Notes under the pieces: model-generated | What the model was told of the DNA's origin: nothing | Databases searched by the model: none | Seen by the model: the letters and a program-made list of their open reading frames with translations, nothing else | In this document: in pieces, positions 57,497 through 64,000 of the stretch | Position numbering within the stretch: position 1 is the stretch's first letter | How the letters are laid out: each line of letters begins with the position of its first letter | Position numbers and translations under genes: made by a program | Assembly: GCA_947456185.1 (NCBI GenBank) | Contig: CANGPW010000001.1 | Coordinates: forward strand, 17,884 to 81,883 | Direction of reading: 5' to 3' | DNA: 64,000 nt | Origin: Bacteroidota bacterium | Lineage (GTDB): Bacteria; Bacteroidota; Bacteroidia; UKL13-3

Positions 57497-60400
57497 ATGT
57501 ATAAAAAAATATTAAGTATAACAGCAGCCTTCCTATTTATGGGTCAAGTGAATGCCCAACAAAAACCAAATATTCCTCACAGAAGTTTATTAGAAGCCAG
57601 GAATTCAACTGAATTACAAGCTATTTTTGAACAAAACGTACAAGCGGAATTAAAATATGCAAAAGAAGTTTTGGGCTTAAGTTTAGCTCCTCAAATGTTA
57701 GCAAATGGTGGCGCTATGCAATTGGTAGGTGTAAGTCAAAATGGAATTCCTCAATATATAAAAACAGATAATACAGGCGCTGCTAAAACTATTGGAACTG
57801 ATAAAGTTAACCCGGGTGGAAGTTTGGGTTTAAATTTAAGTGGCAGCGGAATGACCAATAGAATTGGTGTTTGGGATGGAGGCGCAGTTCGATTAACTCA
57901 CCAAGAATTTCAGAGCAGAGCTGTTCAAACCGATGGTGCTACAAATTTAATTGACCATGCCACTCACGTTGCAGGAACAATGGTAGCTGGAGGGGTAGCT
58001 GCTGGTGCAAAAGGAATGGCGTTTCAAGCGCCTTTAAAATGTCATGACTGGAATGACGATAATTCTGAAATGAGTGCAGCAGCAGCAGCAGGAATGCTTA
58101 TTTCAAATCATAGCTATGGAAATGTTAGTGGTTGGGAATATGACGAAACAAGCAATCAATGGAGATGGCATGGAGATGTAAGTATAAGTTCCACAGAGGA
58201 TATTAAATTTGGAATGTACGAAAGTGAAGCACAACAATGGGATCAAGTAGTTTACAACAATCCTTTTTACTTGCCTTTTAAGGCTGCAGGAAACGATAGA
58301 GGAAATCAACCAAGTGGGTTAAATTCAAAAACGTATTTTGATAATAACATTGGCGATTGGACTCCTTTTTCTGGAACTGTGCCACCAGCCGATGGTCAAT
58401 ACGATTGTATTTCAACTTATGGAAATGCTAAAAATATAATTACAATTGGCGCTGTAAATAAAATTTCAAATGGTTGGTCAAGCTCAAATTCAGTGGTAAT
58501 GAGTAGTTTTAGTGGTTGGGGTCCAACTGATGATGGAAGAATTAAACCTGATGTTTGCGCTGCAGGTGTTGATTTGTATTCAAGTTTTTCTGCTTCAAAT
58601 TCTACCTATAGTTCCATAAGTGGAACATCTATGGCAACTCCAAGTGCCAGTGGTTCGGCATTGCTCATTCAGCAGCATTTTAATAATTTAAATGCTCGTT
58701 TTTTACGTGCATCTACTTTAAAAGGATTAATCATTCACACTGCCGATGAAGCTGGAAGTAGTGTTGGACCTGATTATAGCTATGGTTGGGGATTAATGAA
58801 TACCGCAAAAGCTGTTCAAGTTATTACTGATAGTGGCACAAATAGCATCATCGAATCGCAAATACCAGTTGCTTTAACAGCTTATACAAGAACAATTGTT
58901 GCAAGTGGAAATAGCCCATTGCGAATAACTTTATGCTGGACAGATGTTCCCGCTAATCCATCATCAGGAACTATTTTAGATGATCCAAACAGCAAATTAG
59001 TAAATGACTTAGACATTAGACTTACTCGTGTAAGCGACAACCAGATTTTTAATCCATACCTATTAAATCCTGCAATTCCATCAGCGGCAGCCACTACCGG
59101 TGATAACACAAGAGATAATGTAGAACAGATTCATATTGGAGCGCCAACCGCAGGAATTTATACCATTAGAATTTCTAGTAAAAGAGCATTATCGGCTAAT
59201 CAATCTTTTTCATTATTAATCAGTGGAATTTCACCTATTCCTGCAGCTAGTTTTACAGCATCTACTCAAGCTACATGTACTGGAAGTCAAGTAGTATTTA
59301 CCAATACTTCGTCTGCAAGTACCTCTCGCACTTGGTATTTCCCAGGTGGCAATCCATCTACTTCTACAGCTGTAAATCAAACCGTAACTTATAGTACTCC
59401 TGGAATTTATGCAGTGGCTTTAAAAGTAAGTAATGTAGCAGGAACAGATTCAATTTATAGAACTAATTATATAAAAATTGGTGGCGTAACTTTACCTTTA
59501 AACGAAACTTTTGAAAGTAATTCAGCCACAGTTGGATTATGGAAAGCTACCAATAATTATGCAAATGATACTTTAGGCTGGCGCAAATGGAATAATACAG
59601 GCGGAACAGCCCCTGGAAATACTGTTTTTGGAATCAATAATTACGATAATTCTAATGCGGGAAGGAGATATCAATTAATTTCTCCAATTCTTGATTTACG
59701 TGGAATGCAAAATGCGAGTTTAAATTTCCAACATGCTTATACCAGGTATGCAACTGCCGATAAAGACTCACTAATAGTTAGCATAAGTATCAATTGTGGA
59801 TCTAATTGGATAAGACTTTATGGCGCTTCTGAAACCAGGCCAAATTTAGGAACAAGACTAGCAACTTTTACTAGAAATGGTGATCAAGCTCAAACTTCTA
59901 CCAATTTCTTTTTACCTGCTATAACAGCCGATTGGTGTAATAATACTTTAAATAGCACCCCTTGTAATACAGTAAATTTAACTCCATATGTTGGCTTAAA
60001 TAATTTATTGGTTCGTTTTGAAAGCTATTGCGGTAGCGGAAATAATTTATTTATTGACAATGTAATCATTGATGGAACACCATTTAGTCCAAAAGCAGGA
60101 TTTACAGTTCCAGGTTTGGTTTGTACCAATCAAATTTTTTCAATAACAGATACTTCAAAAAACAATCCTGATACTTGGGAATATTCTTTAACAGGGCCGC
60201 AGAATTTGACTTTTACCACCAAAAATCCAAATATAAATTTAGCTACACCAGGATTTTATGATGTAAAATTAAAAGTTAGTAATGTTTCAGGAGCCGATAG
60301 TATTACCATTACCAAATCATTTGAAGTAAAGGAATCTCCAACTTCTCCAATATTAACAATAAATGGTTCGTTATTGCTTTGCGATACCGATTCAACTTTA

Positions 60401-61330
60401 TTAACTACTAGTGGTGCTAATCTTAAATGGTATAAAGATAGTGTTGCCATTGCTGGCGCAATGGATTCAATTTATTACAATAAATTTGCAGGAAAAATAG
60501 CTGTGAGAACAACCGCTACAAACGGATGTTCGGCACAAAGTAATATTTTAACTTTTACAGCAGGTTCAAAACCACCAGTTCCTATAATTACAAAATCGTT
60601 ATCAGGAAATGTGTTCTGCGATGGTGGTATATTTGTATTAACATCAAGTGCAACTACTGCAAATCAGTGGCAAAAATATGGAGTAGATTTAGTGGGTGAA
60701 ACCGGCACTGCATTAAACTATAATGATTCAGGAACATTTACTGTAAAAGTATCAAATGGTGCATGTTTTGCGCTTTCAGCACCTTTAACGCTAACCAAAT
60801 TAACAAAACCAAATACATCAGAAATTACGGCTTCACGTTTTGCTTATAAAAACGATACTGCAACATATAAAGTTACTGGATTACAAACGTCAACATTCAA
60901 TTGGTCAATAATTGGGGGAACTATTCAAAGTGGTCAAAATACAAATACCATTAAAGTAAAATGGAGTACAGGTTCTGTTGGTATAGTTAATGTAACCGAA
61001 AAAGGTGCAAATCTTTGCAATGGCACCCTAAAAACTTATCCGGTTGGAATTTGGAACACAAGTATGAACAATATTAGCAATGAAAATGAAATTCTTTTGT
61101 ATCCAAATCCTGCCAATAACTTTATAAATATTCAGTATTTAGGAAATAGTTTAACTAATTTTCAAGTAGCAATTTTTGATATTTTGGGTAAAAATATTTT
61201 AAATCAAAATGTGAATGTATCAAATAAAGATGATCAAAAAATAGATATCACACATTTACCAAAAGGAATTTATGTTGTTAAAATAACTGGAAATAATTTT
61301 ACGGCAAGCAAAACTATTTCAAAAGAGTAA
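57497..61330 (+). CDS. S8-family subtilisin-like serine peptidase with jelly-roll/MAM-like and PKD-like domains and a T9SS C-terminal domain
   Basis: Catalytic triad regions DHATHVAGTMVAGG and GTSMATPSASGSALLIQQ; C-terminal ILLYPNPANNFINIQY...KGIYVVKITGNNFTASKTISKE. Confidence 0.85.
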   Translation: MYKKILSITAAFLFMGQVNAQQKPNIPHRSLLEARNSTELQAIFEQNVQAELKYAKEVLGLSLAPQMLANGGAMQLVGVSQNGIPQYIKTDNTGAAKTIGTDKVNPGGSLGLNLSGSGMTNRIGVWDGGAVRLTHQEFQSRAVQTDGATNLIDHATHVAGTMVAGGVAAGAKGMAFQAPLKCHDWNDDNSEMSAAAAAGMLISNHSYGNVSGWEYDETSNQWRWHGDVSISSTEDIKFGMYESEAQQWDQVVYNNPFYLPFKAAGNDRGNQPSGLNSKTYFDNNIGDWTPFSGTVPPADGQYDCISTYGNAKNIITIGAVNKISNGWSSSNSVVMSSFSGWGPTDDGRIKPDVCAAGVDLYSSFSASNSTYSSISGTSMATPSASGSALLIQQHFNNLNARFLRASTLKGLIIHTADEAGSSVGPDYSYGWGLMNTAKAVQVITDSGTNSIIESQIPVALTAYTRTIVASGNSPLRITLCWTDVPANPSSGTILDDPNSKLVNDLDIRLTRVSDNQIFNPYLLNPAIPSAAATTGDNTRDNVEQIHIGAPTAGIYTIRISSKRALSANQSFSLLISGISPIPAASFTASTQATCTGSQVVFTNTSSASTSRTWYFPGGNPSTSTAVNQTVTYSTPGIYAVALKVSNVAGTDSIYRTNYIKIGGVTLPLNETFESNSATVGLWKATNNYANDTLGWRKWNNTGGTAPGNTVFGINNYDNSNAGRRYQLISPILDLRGMQNASLNFQHAYTRYATADKDSLIVSISINCGSNWIRLYGASETRPNLGTRLATFTRNGDQAQTSTNFFLPAITADWCNNTLNSTPCNTVNLTPYVGLNNLLVRFESYCGSGNNLFIDNVIIDGTPFSPKAGFTVPGLVCTNQIFSITDTSKNNPDTWEYSLTGPQNLTFTTKNPNINLATPGFYDVKLKVSNVSGADSITITKSFEVKESPTSPILTINGSLLLCDTDSTLLTTSGANLKWYKDSVAIAGAMDSIYYNKFAGKIAVRTTATNGCSAQSNILTFTAGSKPPVPIITKSLSGNVFCDGGIFVLTSSATTANQWQKYGVDLVGETGTALNYNDSGTFTVKVSNGACFALSAPLTLTKLTKPNTSEITASRFAYKNDTATYKVTGLQTSTFNWSIIGGTIQSGQNTNTIKVKWSTGSVGIVNVTEKGANLCNGTLKTYPVGIWNTSMNNISNENEILLYPNPANNFINIQYLGNSLTNFQVAIFDILGKNILNQNVNVSNKDDQKIDITHLPKGIYVVKITGNNFTASKTISKE

Positions 61331-61354
61331 GTTTTCGTTATCAATTAAACAAAA

Positions 61355-61385
61355 AGAACACGAGCAAAGCGTGTTCTTTTTGTTT
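61355..61385 (+). terminator. Rho-independent terminator of the S8 peptidase gene
   Basis: agaacacg-agcaaag-cgtgttct perfect 8-bp stem followed by tttttgtttt. Confidence 0.75.
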
Positions 61386-61399
61386 TAAATTATTCAATT

Positions 61400-62080
61400 T
61401 TGAATCAAAAGCACAAACTTTTTAATCAATTAAACCCAAGTCAATTAAAGCAGAAACAAGCTTTTTGTAATGTTTTGGTTCGGTACGTTCCTAGGCTAGC
61501 TGTGGAATATTGCGCTGAGCTAATTATTTTTCATCAATTACACTTACATATAGAAAAAGAGCGTAAGAGCAAATATGGTGATTACAGTCCACATAATGGA
61601 CAAGGAAACAGAATAAGTATCAACCATAATTTAAGTAAATTTGATTTTTTAATTACCTTTATTCATGAACTTTCCCACCATACCGCTTTTGTAAAATTTG
61701 GTAGTCGCCACGATCCGCATGGTGAAGAATGGAAAACTGAATTTCAAAGGAACATGGTTCCGTTTTATGAACATGAAACATTATTTCCTTCTGATTTAAA
61801 AGTGGCTATTTCCAAACACATGCGAAATCCTAAGTACAGCCATTCGGCAGATATAAAACTTTTACAAGTTTTAAAAAAATATGACGAAAGCAAAGTTAAC
61901 ACCATTATTTTAGCTGATTTACCAAATGGTACATTGTTCAAAATGAAAGGCTTTGACGAAGTGCTGAAAAAAATAGAAAAATTGAGAACATATAATTTGT
62001 GTGAAACATTCAAAGGAAAAAAATATAGGGTTCATGCCATGGTGGAAGTAATATTGGTTGAAAACCAAACCAATCAATAA
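61400..62080 (+). CDS. SprT-like zinc metalloprotease domain protein
   Basis: ITFIHELSHHTAF HExxH; SprT-like N-terminal YVPRLAVEYCAELI; TTG start. Confidence 0.65.
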   Translation: MNQKHKLFNQLNPSQLKQKQAFCNVLVRYVPRLAVEYCAELIIFHQLHLHIEKERKSKYGDYSPHNGQGNRISINHNLSKFDFLITFIHELSHHTAFVKFGSRHDPHGEEWKTEFQRNMVPFYEHETLFPSDLKVAISKHMRNPKYSHSADIKLLQVLKKYDESKVNTIILADLPNGTLFKMKGFDEVLKKIEKLRTYNLCETFKGKKYRVHAMVEVILVENQTNQ

Positions 62081-62162
62081 AACTATTAAAGAATTTTTAT
62101 TGTTCTAAACTATATAACATATACTTTTGTGGTGTTTTAAATATTAGAAAACATTTTATTTT

Positions 62163-62489
62163 ATGATAACAGTAAGCGAAAAAGCAAAAAAACGGATAGA
62201 AGAATTAATCATTGAACAAAATTATACGCCTTCCCATTTTTTAAGAGTAGGTGTAGAAAGTGGTGGATGTTCTGGACTTTCGTATAAATTAGACTTTGAC
62301 AATGAATTAAAACCTGGAGACGAAAAATTTGGGGATAAAGGGGTAGAAATAGTTACAGATAAGAGAAGTGTTTTGTATTTATTTGGAACTGAACTTGATT
62401 TTACAGACGGTTTAAACGGAAAAGGCTTCACTTTTGTTAATCCAAATGCTTCACGTACATGTAGTTGTGGAGAAAGTTTCTCAGTATAA
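62163..62489 (+). CDS. Iron-sulfur cluster insertion / assembly accessory protein (HesB/IscA/ErpA family)
   Basis: FLRVGVESGGCSGLSYKLDFD ... CSCGESF with three conserved Cys; 108 aa. Confidence 0.85.
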   Translation: MITVSEKAKKRIEELIIEQNYTPSHFLRVGVESGGCSGLSYKLDFDNELKPGDEKFGDKGVEIVTDKRSVLYLFGTELDFTDGLNGKGFTFVNPNASRTCSCGESFSV

Positions 62490-62508
62490 ACATTTTTTTT
62501 GTGGAGTG

Positions 62509-62538
62509 TTTGATATTTAAATCAAAAAAGTATATTTG
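62509..62538 (+). promoter_or_regulatory. Putative promoter of rpsT (-33 TTTG, 18-nt spacer, -7 TAtaTTTG)
   Basis: gtttgatatttaaatcaaaaaagtatatttgcagcc, about 60 nt upstream of the ATG. Confidence 0.45.
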
Positions 62539-62599
62539 CAGCCCTTTATTAGATAAAAGTACATTTAATAAATTTTAAAGAGAAAAATTAAATAGAAAG

Positions 62600-62899
62600 A
62601 TGGCTAATCATAAATCAGCAATAAAACGTAACAGAAGCAACGCAACAAAGCGTTTACGTAACCGTTACCAAGCAAAAACAACTCGTAGTGCTATTAAAGA
62701 ATTACGTTTATCTGAAGACAAAACTGCAGCTTCAGAACTTTACAAAAAAGTATCAAGCATGTTAGATAAATTGGCTAAACGTAGCATTATTCATAAAAAT
62801 AAAGCTGCTAACCAAAAATCTAAATTAGCTAAAGTAGTTAGTAAAATTGGAACAGCTCCTAAAAAAGTAGCTAAAACATATAAGAAAAAAGCGGCTTAA
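62600..62899 (+). CDS. rpsT: 30S ribosomal protein S20
   Basis: MANHKSAIKRNRSNATKRLRNRYQAKTTRSAIKELR; Lys/Ala-rich tail. Confidence 0.85.
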   Translation: MANHKSAIKRNRSNATKRLRNRYQAKTTRSAIKELRLSEDKTAASELYKKVSSMLDKLAKRSIIHKNKAANQKSKLAKVVSKIGTAPKKVAKTYKKKAA

Positions 62900-62928
62900 T
62901 TACCCTTTTTCAATTAAATTATTATTTT

Positions 62929-62968
62929 AAAAGCTTGCTCATTCACCATGGGTAAGCTTTTTTTTGTT
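62929..62968 (+). terminator. Terminator of rpsT
   Basis: aagcttgc ... gtaagctt stem (one G-U pair) followed by tttttttgtttt; overlaps the over-extended 5' end of the radC ORF. Confidence 0.55.
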
Positions 62969-63013
62969 TTAAAGTTATTAAAACTATTTTGCACTAAATT
63001 AAAAAAAGGTAAA

Positions 63014-63715
63014 ATGGAAGACAGTTTTGATAAATTTAATGGTATTAAAGCTTGGGCAGAAGATGACAGACCAAGAGAAAAATTTATTCTTAAAGGTAAA
63101 AACTCACTAAGCAGCGCTGAACTTTTAGCCATACTTATTGGAACGGGAACCAGGAAAGAATCTGCGGTAGATTTAGGTAGAAAAATACTTCAACTAACCA
63201 GCGAAAACTTAAATGATTTAGCAAAATTATCAATTACTGATTTAAAAAAAATAAAAGGTATTGGCGAAGCTAAAGCCATAACAATTGCGGCTGCACTCGA
63301 ATTAGGAAGAAGAAGAAAAGAGGAAGATGCCAAAGAAATACAAATCATTACTTCCTCGCGCGATGCATATAATTATTTTGAACCTTTGATATCAGATTTG
63401 CCACACGAAGAATTTTGGATTTTATTATTGGCAAGAAATAAAAAAGTAATTATAAAAAAACAAATTAGCGCTGGAGGCATAGCCGGAACAGTGGTTGATT
63501 TAAAAATTATTTTTAAACTTGCACTCGAAAATTTAGCAAGTTATATGGTGTTATGTCATAACCATCCTTCTGGAAATTTAACACCAAGTTCGGCTGATAT
63601 TCAGATTACTAAAAACATAAAAGCGGCTGGCAAAATATTGGAAATTGAAATTATAGATCACATTATAATTGGCGGCAACAAGTATTATAGTTTTGCCGAT
63701 AACGACATTTTTTAA
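63014..63715 (+). CDS. radC: RadC-family JAB/MPN-domain protein
   Basis: IKAWAEDDRPREKFILKG HhH region; JAMM motif HNHPSGNLTPSSADIQIT; start at MEDSFDKF (ATG 63014) rather than the ORF-track 62948. Confidence 0.8.
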   Translation: MEDSFDKFNGIKAWAEDDRPREKFILKGKNSLSSAELLAILIGTGTRKESAVDLGRKILQLTSENLNDLAKLSITDLKKIKGIGEAKAITIAAALELGRRRKEEDAKEIQIITSSRDAYNYFEPLISDLPHEEFWILLLARNKKVIIKKQISAGGIAGTVVDLKIIFKLALENLASYMVLCHNHPSGNLTPSSADIQITKNIKAAGKILEIEIIDHIIIGGNKYYSFADNDIF

Positions 63716-63773
63716 ACTTTTATCGCATTCTTGCATCGTAAGCATTATTCTATTTTTTAAAACCAAAAGTTAA

Positions 63774-64000
63774 TTGAAAACTGAACTAAGCGACAATGAA
63801 TTAATTTTAAAATTTGCAGTTGAGAAAACTCGAACTGCTGCTTTTGAATTAATTCTAGAAAAATACCAAAAGAAAACCTATTGGCATATTCGCAGAATAG
63901 TGATTAACCATGATGATGCAGACGATGTTTTGCAAAATACTTTTATAAAGGTTTGGGAAAATTTAAGTAAATTCAGAGAAGATAGTAAGCTATATACTTG
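63774..64000 (+). CDS. ECF-subfamily RNA polymerase sigma-70 factor, 5' fragment continuing past the window end
   Basis: ...LSDNELILKFAVEKTRTAAFELILEKYQKKTYWHIRRIVINHDDADDVLQNTFIKVWENLSKFREDSKLYTW = sigma region 2; probable TTG start at 63774. Confidence 0.55.
   Translation, partial: MKTELSDNELILKFAVEKTRTAAFELILEKYQKKTYWHIRRIVINHDDADDVLQNTFIKVWENLSKFREDSKLYT

Noticed and set aside
62948-63013. Extended RadC N-terminus MGKLFFVLKLLKLFCTKLKKGK
   Set aside because: This stretch overlaps the rpsT terminator hairpin and T-run. RadC homologues start at the DDRPREK-containing helix, so the ATG at 63014 is preferred.

Overview
This is a low-GC (about 33%) Bacteroidota chromosomal segment, Flavobacteriia/Cytophagia-like. 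The evidence is type-A T9SS C-terminal sorting domains on four secreted proteins, a GldH-like lipoprotein in the holB-PSP1 context, Bacteroidota-type TTTG / TAnnTTTG promoter boxes, and a small GIY-YIG gene beside tRNAs. Most of the window is housekeeping: ruvC, tilS, truA, gltA, ltaE, holB, purF, recR, thyA, clpX, ald, tig, dut, purS, pssA, rpsT, radC and an ErpA/IscA-family protein. There are three tRNAs (Ser-GCT, Pro-TGG, Leu-TAG) and no rRNA, CRISPR array, integrase or transposase. The non-core content is: (i) a giant 2921-aa beta-helix/PKD/T9SS cargo protein and a 1277-aa S8 peptidase with the same C-terminal module architecture; (ii) a tandem-AAA+ (CbxX/SpoVK-like) ATPase with a duplicated N-terminal domain; (iii) a GIY-YIG mini-cassette bracketed by direct repeats that copy the 3' half of tRNA-Pro; (iv) an accessory segment of about 10.6 kb between tRNA-Leu and dut. 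That segment opens with about 600 bp of extremely AT-rich DNA and carries GH5 and GH16 beta-glucanases (both T9SS cargo), two GNATs, an acyltransferase-3 and lipoproteins. It is punctuated by a family of mosaic, hairpin-rich intergenic repeats (modules R1/R2/R3) that show compensatory stem substitutions between copies. I consider these structured repeats and the tRNA-Pro-derived repeat cassette the most likely undescribed elements. No multi-gene defence or novel enzymatic system could be supported from sequence alone.
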